A stretch of 64,000 nt of DNA. Source: an uncultured Planctomycetia bacterium. GTDB taxonomy: Bacteria; Omnitrophota; Gorgyraeia; Tantalellales; Tantalellaceae. A program made the position numbers and the translations under genes. The stretch covers positions 11,775 through 75,774 of the forward strand of contig CAZNEE010000006.1 of the NCBI GenBank assembly GCA_964572255.1, given 5' to 3'. A model generated the notes under the pieces. That model did not search any database and had not been told where the DNA came from. It worked only from the letters and a program-made list of their open reading frames with translations. Of this stretch, positions 1-11,300 are shown in pieces; position 1 is the stretch's first letter, and every line of letters starts with the position of its first letter.

Positions 1-3000
1 CTCATAACGATCCATAACCATATAATAATACGTTTTGCCATCTACTTCGTAAAAACCCGCTGTTCTGATCTTGGCCACTCCGTCAATATTTTGCGCTTTT
101 TCAGAGATCAGATATTCGTGAATAAACCGCGCCTTTTCTTTTGCTTCATATCTCGCTACCTCTTCCGGATTATTCCAATCTACAATACTTGCTGCGCCTT
201 TACTGGGGCTTAATACTTTCATTACGACAGGTCTGGTTACAACGAGCTCTCCTTCAGTTTCAGGTATTACTGCCTCATCTGCCATAAGGATGAAGCCAAA
301 ACCGCCGGCATCGATCAGGCCGCCGTCTGCCGCCCATTTTGCTCCTTTTACACCTGATGTTTTCGGAGCTATATAATATCTTAATCCCTCCCCGGGCTTT
401 TCAATAATATCCGGAACAGGCACTTTTTCTTTTCTATCGTCAGGCCCGCGTATATGTTTTTCATCGCCGATATCGCCCCTCTCTACTGAAATTTTAGACG
501 CAAATCTATCGGTTGCTTCTATTCCGTTTACTATTGCTCTTGCTTCTTCTACTGAAAGATTGCTTATAGCATCATTTGAAAGAGCTATCATCTCTTCGGC
601 AGAAAGTTCTCCAGGCGGAGCGCGGGCGTCTAAAAATCTTCCAAGGGCCTTGCCTAATGGGGTTTTTCTGGGCTGGCCGTCAAATGTATCTATATCAAAA
701 AAGTCTCCACGGCCAAAAACTTCAGTAGTAATACCAATTATTTCATAATGACTCAGTTTCGCTCTTTCCAATGCCTCGTGTAAAATATACTCATCGAGTA
801 AAATATTCTTCTTATCTTCGAGAGCATCGAGACGCTTCTTCTCGATTTTGAGAAGAAGCTCCTTCTTGGCGGATAATTCAGCATATAATCGTGCTTCCTC
901 CTCAGTAAAACCTGCTTCCCCCTCCTCACTAAGATATTCTATTATGTTCAGGGCAAGGCCGCTTTCGTAGCCTAAGAGATAGCTTTCTCTTGCTAAAACT
1001 TCTGCTTCAAACAAGATGAAGCTGCCTTCCGGATCATTTAAAGCATCTTCAACAATTCCAACTATCTCTTCAACTTCAGAAGCATCATACCCGTGTCCCC
1101 GAAGCAGTTCCTCAAGAACGCTTATCTTTTCATCTAACAATCTCTTGCGCCTTTCCTTAACTGCATCTGTTTGGTTCTTGTTTTTACTATCTTCCCAGGC
1201 TCCCTCACTATTTTCTTCAATTCTGTCTTTTACTTCGGGGTGTAATTCCCCTCTTGCATCTACAAACTCGACTCCCTTTGCGATAGTGCCGCCAATATCA
1301 GTCGGGCCTTCAGCTTCCCCGGGAAACAAATCATCAAGCGCTTTCCCAACATCTGCGCCTCTGGGTATTGCTGCCTCATCTTCGGCTTCTTCGGGAAGCA
1401 ACTCATCAAGAACTTTTACAACATCTGCAGAAGGCACTAAGTCCTCCACGAGCAGATAGTCTAAAACATCCTGGATCTGGCCTGGGGTTGGCACAGATTG
1501 AGGCTCATCCCATTCCAAGCTAACAAAAGGCGATTCCTCTTCTGTCATAAAGGCAATAGGCTCGCCTGGTTCGACATCAGCTTCTATATTAGCAAAAGGA
1601 GATTCTTCATCCCTCAATGTAAAGACAGGTTTTTGAGTTAAAATCTGTTTCATGCGTGAAAATTTCGCCTGCACAATATCGAGATCCCGATAACTCATTA
1701 GACCCATGCGCCGCAGAACTTCCTCTGCTGTCCCAAAACCGTTCCCGTTCTCATTAAGAAGCAGGCCCGCGATAAGAATATCGAATCCATTATTACTTTT
1801 CAGTAACTCATCTATCAGTTTTGCCCTTTCCTGGAACCATCTTGGCAGCTCTCTGCTTTTTGGCGTTTTCATATAAGGAAGTCTGCCGTAAAATAATTCG
1901 TACATGATCGTCCCTGCTGCGTACAGATCTGTTCTGAAATCATATTGTTTTGTTCTCATGGTCTCTAAAGGCATGTGTGCAACGGTTCCGGCTATACCTC
2001 CTTCAACGTCCATGTAAACCCGCCCTTCAGGCGCATACAATGAAATCCCGAAATCACTGACCTTTAAGGTTATTTGTCCGGTTACCGGATCACGTTTAAC
2101 AAATATATTATCCGGCTTAAGATCGGCGTGAATTATCCCGTTTTCGTGTAGAGTGACTACAATATTGAGGATCTGTCTTTCGAGGTCCATAAGTTGGTCA
2201 AATGTCAATCCTGCTCTTTGTCTGTATATCAGGTCCTGCAGGGTCCCTCCGTCCATGAATTCCTGTACCATGAAATGAAATGTCTTTTCCCCTTCCTGGT
2301 AGGTTCCTGCATTAAAGGCGTTCACCACAGCGGGATCACCATCCATCTTTCTCATCATCAAATATTCCTGAAAGAACCTTATCTGTTCACTTGCGTTAAG
2401 TTCAGGGTTCAGTATCTTCACTACCACTTCCCTGCCGACATTCTCGCCTTCAGCTTCAACAGCCTTAAAAATAGCACCCATTCCCCCTGAATTAATAAAT
2501 TCCTTTATCTCGTACCTCTTGCCTGCAACAGTAATTTCCGAGGGAGCCGTTAAAGGGATCCTCCCGTCGATGTTTCCTTCCAGTTGTTTGTTGCTGTAAT
2601 CAAATTCAACATTACTGTCAGGGAAAAAGCGTTTCCACTGCCGGTTTTGAAGTTGTTTTTCGGGAGAAATAAGTTTATCGAAAATCCTGTAACTCAATAA
2701 GCGGTCCATCCTTCTTTCAAGTCTCCTTGCTGTCCAATCGCGTTCTTCCGCCTGTTCCGCTTCCAAAGCCTTTCTTTCGCCCAACTTATCGAACTGAGCA
2801 AGGTCTACCGCTTCCAACGCAACTTCACCTGACCTGTTAAACCTTTCGAATAAATTTTCCATCCTCTGGTTAAGCTCATCGGAAAGACCATAATATGCGC
2901 CTATCTCATGGACTATTACTTTGACCTGTTCCTGGAGGGATAAATCTGCACTGACATGAACGCCTCTATGGCTGGCATGCCCCCTAAAGCCTACGATTCC

Positions 3001-5049
3001 TTCGGCTGAAAATATATTTATCTCGCCACTTACTATCGCATCTGCTATTCCCTCATATCCCATTGCCCTAAAAAATTTGACTATATCGGACTCTGCATTA
3101 AAAGCTAAAAGAGTCCTAACTGCAGTGGCTAACTGCGTATCGATAATCGCTTCATGATCCTCGTATGTGAAGTTGTCGGTACTTGTGATCTTGACATCGG
3201 CTAAAGCATCACTTACGCCTCTTTCAAGAGAATATGTAACTGTGCCGTCTTCCATTGAAAACTTGATACCGGTAGTTGAGCCTTCAAGAGTTACAAAAGC
3301 GTCTTCGCCTTCAACCAGTTTCTTGGCGATCTCGACCATTATCTCCGCCTCGTTCACGGCCGCTTCACCGTCAGCAGCTAAACCGAGCCTGTTCCACATA
3401 CTTGCAACCTGCATGGTTGAGCGTGATACCGCTTCGGTCAGCAAAGTTCCAAGACCGCTCCTTTCCCCTGCCAGTATCTTAAAGTAAGGAGATTCGTACC
3501 CTTCTTCGCTCCTGAAAGTAGGAAGTATTGAAATGTGCGAGATGCCTTTTTTCTCCAGAAGCTCGCAGATATTTTCTGTATGGAAACCCCCGGTAATAAG
3601 AATAGCTATCTGCATACCGCCTCTGGGCTCTTTTGCTCCGACGCTTGCGAACCTGATATTATCCAGAAAGACATCATCGCGCTTGAAAGAATAATCGAAA
3701 AACTTCTCTATGCGTCCGCGGTAATAATCGAGTTCCCGTATGTTCCTGTCCGGCCTTGCAGTTATCTTATGGTAGGGAGCTTCTTTTTCGATGAAGGACG
3801 TGAAATTGCTGACATCGAAATCGGATCTATTCTTCTGATAATAAATATAATCGTCTTTAGAAAGCTTTAAATTGAATATATTTTTAGTGATCACCAGATC
3901 TTTTGAAAGCCTATCGAGCTCCTTCTGTTTCTCGTTCTGGAAGATGATCTCCTTGATATCGGCTTCCAATGCGTCAAGCTCGCTTATAACTTTTGTCTTA
4001 TCGACAGCTCCGTAGAGCGAAACATAAATGATATATTTTCTGAGTTCCGGGTAGTCTTCCAGGCTGATATTCACGATCTTTGCTTTCTTGACGAGTTCTT
4101 CATAATATTCACGCTGCGGGATCATTTTAGCTTCGAACTCTAAAGTTTTAGCGACAAGATCTTTTAGTTCTCTCTGTGAAAGCTTGTTTTTCAAAAGATC
4201 AACAAGTTCATCCCTTTCAATATTCGCTTTTTTGAAATTTATCTTGGTTTCCTCTTCGAGGGACTGCTTCAGCAGGTATATGTTCGTATATGATTTAACA
4301 TCGATGGCTTTTTCCTTTGCCTTGCTGATCATGTATGTGAGGTAATCCTTAAACTCTATCCTCTCAGCTTTATATTGGGTGTATACTTCGTCGATATCTC
4401 TTAGTTCGTCGCTGAATATACGTCTTTTCAAATTGTTTATGATATGAGTAAGCTCGTTTAAATACTTATCCACCTTTTCCTTATAGGTGAGAGATTCACG
4501 ATAGATTTTCAGGTTATCAAGATACAGCTTTTCATTTTCGACGCCCCAGAGCGACACATCATCAGAATTATTAAGGGCAAAATATTCGGCCGCGTTAACC
4601 AGTCCCTGCCCCACAAAGAAATCCCCGACCTTATCACGAAGAGTTTTATTTTCAATTTCGGTAAAAGGGGACAGGTCATAACTGCCTACACCTCCTTCAA
4701 GATTGATCATGCTAACGCCGTATTCTTTGTTTAAATGCTGGATAATATTTGAAATTTGTTTTTGAGCATCGTAATTGCAATGGGCATCCTGTATATGGAT
4801 CAACAGTTTATTCGGATCGCCCTTAAAAGAATGTCTGACGAGACCCATGTCATGAGGAAGATTGAATGTCTCCGGATCGATGGGAGAAAATCCTTCCCTG
4901 GAAGAGGCGGCCAGATCATAAGATATTCCCGGAACATCTACCGCGCCCCAGGCATTGCCGGAGACCATGCTTAAGGTAAAAAATACCGTTAAAAGGCAGC
5001 TGACTGTCTTTTTCGCCAGACCATGTCTCTCCCAAGTTAGATGTATCAT
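1..5049 (-). CDS. Giant exported modular protein A (partial, >1683 aa, runs off left edge): signal peptide, conserved N-domain, degenerate zincin-like modules, two Ser/Thr kinase domains
   Basis: Absent from the ORF track, consistent with no in-window stop. Manual translation of sampled blocks from ATG 5049 (SD AGAGGTGG) gives MIHLTWERHGLAKKTVSCLLTVFFTLSMVSGNAWA...LIHIQDAHCNYDAQ...NLEGGVGSYDL...LITGGFHTENI...GYESPYF, paralogous to the two upstream giants. Kinase 1 (~1800-2520): SGGMGAIF, VVVK, RFFQE, HADLKPDN, DFG, TDLYAAG. Kinase 2 N-lobe (1-320): AGGFGFI, VVMK, RFIHEY, YMVMD. Confidence 0.9.
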   Translation of the reverse strand, partial: MIHLTWERHGLAKKTVSCLLTVFFTLSMVSGNAWGAVDVPGISYDLAASSREGFSPIDPETFNLPHDMGLVRHSFKGDPNKLLIHIQDAHCNYDAQKQISNIIQHLNKEYGVSMINLEGGVGSYDLSPFTEIENKTLRDKVGDFFVGQGLVNAAEYFALNNSDDVSLWGVENEKLYLDNLKIYRESLTYKEKVDKYLNELTHIINNLKRRIFSDELRDIDEVYTQYKAERIEFKDYLTYMISKAKEKAIDVKSYTNIYLLKQSLEEETKINFKKANIERDELVDLLKNKLSQRELKDLVAKTLEFEAKMIPQREYYEELVKKAKIVNISLEDYPELRKYIIYVSLYGAVDKTKVISELDALEADIKEIIFQNEKQKELDRLSKDLVITKNIFNLKLSKDDYIYYQKNRSDFDVSNFTSFIEKEAPYHKITARPDRNIRELDYYRGRIEKFFDYSFKRDDVFLDNIRFASVGAKEPRGGMQIAILITGGFHTENICELLEKKGISHISILPTFRSEEGYESPYFKILAGERSGLGTLLTEAVSRSTMQVASMWNRLGLAADGEAAVNEAEIMVEIAKKLVEGEDAFVTLEGSTTGIKFSMEDGTVTYSLERGVSDALADVKITSTDNFTYEDHEAIIDTQLATAVRTLLAFNAESDIVKFFRAMGYEGIADAIVSGEINIFSAEGIVGFRGHASHRGVHVSADLSLQEQVKVIVHEIGAYYGLSDELNQRMENLFERFNRSGEVALEAVDLAQFDKLGERKALEAEQAEERDWTARRLERRMDRLLSYRIFDKLISPEKQLQNRQWKRFFPDSNVEFDYSNKQLEGNIDGRIPLTAPSEITVAGKRYEIKEFINSGGMGAIFKAVEAEGENVGREVVVKILNPELNASEQIRFFQEYLMMRKMDGDPAVVNAFNAGTYQEGEKTFHFMVQEFMDGGTLQDLIYRQRAGLTFDQLMDLERQILNIVVTLHENGIIHADLKPDNIFVKRDPVTGQITLKVSDFGISLYAPEGRVYMDVEGGIAGTVAHMPLETMRTKQYDFRTDLYAAGTIMYELFYGRLPYMKTPKSRELPRWFQERAKLIDELLKSNNGFDILIAGLLLNENGNGFGTAEEVLRRMGLMSYRDLDIVQAKFSRMKQILTQKPVFTLRDEESPFANIEADVEPGEPIAFMTEEESPFVSLEWDEPQSVPTPGQIQDVLDYLLVEDLVPSADVVKVLDELLPEEAEDEAAIPRGADVGKALDDLFPGEAEGPTDIGGTIAKGVEFVDARGELHPEVKDRIEENSEGAWEDSKNKNQTDAVKERRKRLLDEKISVLEELLRGHGYDASEVEEIVGIVEDALNDPEGSFILFEAEVLARESYLLGYESGLALNIIEYLSEEGEAGFTEEEARLYAELSAKKELLLKIEKKRLDALEDKKNILLDEYILHEALERAKLSHYEIIGITTEVFGRGDFFDIDTFDGQPRKTPLGKALGRFLDARAPPGELSAEEMIALSNDAISNLSVEEARAIVNGIEATDRFASKISVERGDIGDEKHIRGPDDRKEKVPVPDIIEKPGEGLRYYIAPKTSGVKGAKWAADGGLIDAGGFGFILMADEAVIPETEGELVVTRPVVMKVLSPSKGAASIVDWNNPEEVARYEAKEKARFIHEYLISEKAQNIDGVAKIRTAGFYEVDGKTYYYMVMDRYE

Positions 5050-5092
5050 CTTCCACCTCTTACGGCACAAATATACTTTTAAAAACATTATA

Positions 5093-5139
5093 ATAATTAG
5101 GCAAAAAAAAATACGCAGGACACACTTTATGCCCTGATA
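5093..5139 (-). terminator. Leader hairpin plus U-tract (possible attenuator) upstream of giant A
   Basis: Minus strand CAGGGCAT-AAAGT-GTGTCCTG-CGTA-T9-GCCTAATTATT, between the putative -10 and the start codon. Confidence 0.5.
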
Positions 5140-5202
5140 AATAGCCCCTCTTCTAATTATTATAACGTACGCGCTAATACCTTACTTTACTCTACTATAA
5201 TT

Positions 5203-5261
5203 ATTATACCCCACTTTTCCCTAATATGCCAAAAAATCAAGCTAAATTTTGTGTGACTTAA
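5203..5261 (-). promoter_or_regulatory. Conserved giant-gene promoter, copy 1
   Basis: Minus strand TTAAGTCACACAAAATTTAGCTTGATTTTTTGGCA-18 nt-TATAAT. Near-identical element with identical spacing upstream of giants B and C. Confidence 0.75.
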
Positions 5262-5304
5262 TTTTTGTAAGTTTATTAATTTGAATAGCTTATAGAAACA
5301 AAAA

Positions 5305-8300
5305 TTAGAGGGATATAAGTACTGCTTCTCGGGCATCTTTCCAGTCCTCAATATCGGTAAAATCTATGGCCCGTATCCGCAAAGCTATACTTCCGGTTAG
5401 GATGCTATTTATCAGTTCGCGGGGATTCCCGGCATATTTGGCAAAATCTATAGACCCGGGCTCGACCAGGGTCTCAAGAAAATCAACTAAGTGCTTAAGC
5501 TCTTCACTTCCTTGTCTCGTTCCTTCACCGAACACACCTTTTTCAAACCTTTCATAATTAAGCAAGCCTTTTGAAAGGATAATATGCATTACATTGTCTA
5601 TCATTCCATTTTCCGGGATGTTTTCGACTGTAACTACGGTAATAAGATCTTTTATTTTTTCGTAATCTTCCAAAAGATCTGCTCTTTCGAATATATTTCT
5701 TAGATCCACGCCTTCCGGAAGCTCAAACAATATTCTCGGATCCTTGTCTTCACTCTTATAAAACGCCGGGAGGATCCTTTCCTTTATTAATCTTGCGAGA
5801 CTCGGCTCTAAATTCTTAAAATCATAGCCGTAAGGCAGTGTTTCCTGGCCGAAATCTTTTCGGAACTTTCTTGCGCTCTTTCTGTTTATATCTTCCTGGT
5901 ATGCCACATATATGTCTGATCCCGGCAGAATAATTATATCCATTTTATTCTGGCGTAGATCTGTTAGGGCATTTCTTCCGGTCCCAATTCGCTCATCAAC
6001 TATTTCTTTTTTCTCTTCAGCAGGCTCCTCAAGAGCTATAACAATTGTTTCCTCTGCTTCGGGAACAGCCGCCAATTCTTTACGTCTATCAAACTCCAAA
6101 GCTACAAGCCCCCCTTGGACATCATCACTGTCAGACAACCTCAAAAGCCTGTCAAAAAGCGGTTCAAGCTCGACATGGAGTGCTTTTACGTCCTCATGTG
6201 AAACGCTCATACCCTCTCTTTCGCGTTCTTCCAAAAGTTCATAGATTTTACTCTTGATCTCATCTACTGTATCTGCCGCCATAGTTATGTCCCGGACAGC
6301 TTTTTCCCTGTCTATTCTTCCTAAATGTCTTTCGGAAAATGCCTCCCTGAAGATCCTTTCCACCTCATCGACCCTTCTTTCGACTTTTCTTAAATGGTCT
6401 TTCGGCTCAAGTCCTGCAAATACTTCGGTTCCGTCTTCATAAACTTTTTTCCCTATAACAGTCCCCCTGGAATACATTATCGCGTTAGCGATTAATTGCC
6501 TGAGTTTCACTAAAAGATTATGCGCCAGTGGGGGACTACGCAGAATATTCATGCCGTAAAGAAGCACACCATGCCCCTGCACGGCTGTCTCAAAATCAAG
6601 CGTATCATTATCTTTTTGGGAAGGATCCTTCAACAGGTCCTCTATGCCGATCAGCCTCATATCACTCTTCTCTACACGCCTCCCTTTGAACCATTCTTCG
6701 GGATTTTTGATCGGAATGCCAAGAAAATGCCTCTTACTTTGCGGCACCGAACCTTTTAAAACTACGGCCAGATCCATATCAGACGGCTCAACAGCTTCTG
6801 CCCAACAATAACTGCCGTATGTAATAACCGCCAAAATGTCGTCTTTTTCTATTTCCAGCCCGGCTTCTTTTGCCTGGGCTACGGCAAAATCCTTGATCCT
6901 CTCGACGATATCTTCAGTGAATGAACCAAATGTTCTCTCCTCAAAAGCCTTTTTGTCGTCAGCGCTGTAAGAACGAAAGTACCAGTTGAACTCTTCCATC
7001 ATCTTTAAGATCTCATCCCTGTCCGTATTGATATCATAAACCTTCTCATCCTCCGGTGAAGCCACTCTGGTAGGTCTGAATTCATAAAGTTCGTAGGAAA
7101 GGTCTATCTGGATCTGCCTGAGTAATTCTTCGTCTGAAGCAACAGGCTCTTCCTTAACTTCTTCGCGGGTTACGACAGTTGTTTCCTCAACTTCTTCGCG
7201 GGTTACAATAGTTGTTTCATCTTCTTTGGCTTCCGCCAACCTCATCCGCTTGGCGATTTCGTCCCTGATAACCCCTCTTAAGATCTTATCAAACTGAGGT
7301 GTCTCGGCTATAGCAGAAAGAACTGAAGCTCCAAGCGCACTACCCACGATCCCTTCAAAAGCTTTCTGCATAAACAGCGTTGTTCTTATATTCGGCATGA
7401 GCTTTTCAATGATTTCAACCGGGTTAAGGCCCCGATCGAGCATTATCTGCATATCCTGCTCGGCAAGTAATGCCTCTTCTTTGCGTTTTGCTTCTTCTGC
7501 AGGCATTTCATCGTATAATTCCTTATATATGCCCGCTTCATGCATAAGCTCATGAGAAAACCCGATCAGATCCATCTCGATCGGAGCATCGGCGTCTATA
7601 TTCATGTACATATATCCAAAATATCCATCATCTTTACAATTACCATAAAGAGCGGGAGATTGTCTGAGAGCATCTACTATCAAATATTTTTTCTTAGAAA
7701 GAGTTTCTTTTAATTTCTCTTGATATTTTGGGCCTCTTATTTCTATACATCTGTCAATAAATCCTTGAAGTGTCATATTTTGTGCTTGGATGCGTTCAAA
7801 AACTTTTTTATGTATATAAATTTGAACTTTAACGCCATTTATCTCAACAGGCAAACTGTAAAAATTAGGTATAATTCTTTCTGTCTCAATTTGCCACGCC
7901 AGGGCCTCTATTCTTCCTTCGTCGCCGAATATTTCATCTTCACTGACATGTAATTCCCCGTCCGTGAATAGCCAGAAATTAGCAAGGGGCGGCATTTCAG
8001 CAGGTGGCTTCTCTTGTATTCTAGTATCAACAAAACTAACTTCCAGCACCTTTGCCTGTCCTCTCGCATCTTTAGTCACTACATTAATACTGTTTACGCT
8101 TTCTGTGCCTGAAGCAGTATATTTTGGCACAAGAACGCCGATCTGTCTTAATTCTCCTAAAGTTGTTTTTTCCCCGGTTTCAACAGTAATAACTTGCGCA
8201 TCATCAGGGAATACCTGTAGCCTCAATGTGCTTATTAATGCTATTAGCTTATGAGCTTCGAACTTATCTTTTTGTTTCTCGAGGGTATACACTATAATTT

Positions 8301-11300
8301 CTTCTTCTGTATCAAACTTTTCTTTACCTATCACCATTTCGTCAATTCTAGTTTCAATGTCATCTTTGTCTTTATATTGACCATTCATGGCCTCTTCCAT
8401 TACTCGCCTGATCTTTAATATGCTCTTTCTTCCATCAAGCATATTTCTTACAAACTTTGCAACCTCCGGCGAAAGTGCTTCACTCACATGACTATAGTTA
8501 ATAATTAAATTAAACAGTTCATCCAAGGTAACATTTTCGCCGATCTGTATATTTAAACTTTCAATAGAGTCTTCTTGCTTGAGAACATCCAGAGCAAATA
8601 ACTTTTCACCCGGTTTTGGAATACCTTTAAAAAGTTCTTCCGTCGGATAAATTCCTTCAAGCTCTAAAAGCCTGTTGAATTCTGCCAGCTTTCCGGGATC
8701 GCCGCTTATAGCTTCTCTTATGATCTCTACTTGATAGTACATGCCTGTCAGTTTTAGGTAATCAATTGACCATTGGGCTTCTTCTTCCCTTGCACGTCTT
8801 CCTAAGTCTTCCGGTATCATTCCTCCGGCTAGCGTCTCTGGCTTTACAACTGTAACTGGTCTTTTTACAATACCTTTACTAGTAAGAGTCTCAGATGTAC
8901 CTTGCGCGGTCCCTCTTACTATTCCTTCAGGTGTCATGTGTGTTGCGTTATACCGCCTTCTTCGAAGCTGCCCTCGGCCTATCATAATTACCATCACCGC
9001 AACAAACCATGGTACTAATATTGGAGTGCCGGCACTGCTTCCCCAGTTGGCTACCGCGCAACCGCTGGAAACTTTCCGCTCCTCCGGTGCCGTCCACACT
9101 TCTGTTTCCTTCCAATGCCTAATAAAATCTATCTGCTCGGCGGTTATATAATAACTCGCATCCTGCCAGATAAGCGCGCCGCTGCTTCCGTTTTCATATA
9201 CTATACCGATCACATTGGCAAAAGTCGGATCAGAAAAATATCCCGGGTCAAGCTCGCCATGAAAATAGCTGCTGCCGGTCGGGATCGCATCATCGGGGTA
9301 TTGCGGAGGCGACATGCCCGGATATACATGTAATTGTTCCGAATCTACTCCCGTATAACGATCGACATTATCCGCGCCATTTAGCCCGACGGTCACTGTC
9401 GAGCCGGGATCATTCGCGTGAACCATCTCTATTCCCTCTGAAACAAAAGTATCAACCTCTCCATCAGTTATGCTTGTTTTCTTTGCCACGTCGGAAGGCT
9501 CATTCATGAAATCCCATATTTCTATTTTCTCGGCATATCTACTGACAAATTGCCCCATCAGATCAAATAATGCGGACCTTTTAACAGGATCCGTTATAAG
9601 ATCCTGGTGCTCGCCTTCATATTGAGACACTACGCCATCGGCTAACGTTTTATCAAATAATACCGGTAAAATATTTATCCCGAGAGCGTGAGCTGCTTCT
9701 AAAAGCGTATCCATATCGTCATAAACCTGTGAATTAATATCCAGCGGTGTTCCGTCCACATCAAAAATAATACCTGACCTTAAATCACAGAAAATAAACA
9801 CCCTTACAGTGCAGCCTTTCCATGGCTCGAGTTTTTGATATAATTGATTTTTCTTCGTAGCCAAACCTTCATATGTCTCGCCATTTGCTCCTTGTCCAAA
9901 ATCATAACCATATCTTACCCATGCCAGATTCACACCCCTTATAAATTCCTGCCCGGGAGTCCATTCCTTGGTAGTCTCGTCGGGATATATACTTACGATC
10001 CCCCCGTCTGTTGTATATACTATTGTCTCTTCAAGGCTCCATGAAGCATCATAATCATACACAGTACGAGTACCATCCGCTTCATGTAACGTATTAATAT
10101 AGCTGTCTTCCCCGACTACGTTATATGTAGCTACATCACCGTTATCGTACGTCCTGACAACAAAATCCGGAGATATGATCTCTTCAATAAAATCAACGGC
10201 AGACACTTCGCTTATTGGAACAAAAAGTAGAAAAATAAAAGTTGAAACTGCAGCAGTAACCTTCGATCCCAAATTGATAACGGAATGGCTTAATATGGCC
10301 AGGGCCATAAATGCCCATGGATTAGACGTAACGGACATCAATATGACAAAATTGATCAAAGACACAACAAAAGGCGCAGCTTTTATTCCCTTATGATGAG
10401 AAACAAATAATACTGCTGCGGGAATCTGCAGAAAAAGCGCAATAAGTATCACTAAAGAAGGTCCCATAAAACTGCCCATAACCAGAGAGCCAATCAAGGA
10501 TGCAAACAACAGCGGCAGGCCCCTGTAAAGCGGTTCTTCCACTAAAGGCGCAATTACCAACCTCCTCACCCACTGCGGCATCCAGGGCATTCTCTTATCG
10601 AGCCATTTTTCAAGCCATTCCGTCGTGGCAAAACCGAAAGGTTCTTCAGGCTCAGTAGGAGGCTTCTTCTCAGATGACATAAGAAACAGCTTCTTTACCC
10701 AATCTTCCTCTTCCTCACGCAAGAAATCATATTCATCTGCATCTCCTCCTTCGGGAAGCTCTCCTTCAAGCATGGAGATGTACGGAATGTTTTTATCGCC
10801 CCTCTTTGCGGTAAGGTGTTCTGCCAGGGCGCTAAAGGCTCTTCTTCCAAGGCGCCTCATAAGCATGTCCCTTATCGCAGCCTTAATCGCTTCTCCTCTC
10901 GCATCTTCTGAAAGCAAGAAGATATCCTTATCAAAAAGGAGCCTGATTTCTTTATTTACGGCAGCAGTCGATAAGGGAAGTATCATCTTCAAAAGCTCGC
11001 CAAAGGTTTTGTAAAATTCATCACGATCTTCTGTTGTAAGCAGGGTATTTTTTATACGTAAAAACCTGTCTGTGTTATCAAAGTCAGCGAATTTGTCCGT
11101 AAAATCTTTCTCCGCTGCTTCATATTCTTTTCTTTTTGCTTCTATTTTCACTCTGCCGTCAAAATAGAATTCTTTAAGCGCGTTCCTCAAAGAAGCAAGG
11201 CTCACCTTATCCGAAACAGATAGGTCTTGTATCAGATAGATTATTTTTGATATCTCCTCCTGCGTCATGAAAGGATCAGAAAGAAGAAGATGTATGTAGT

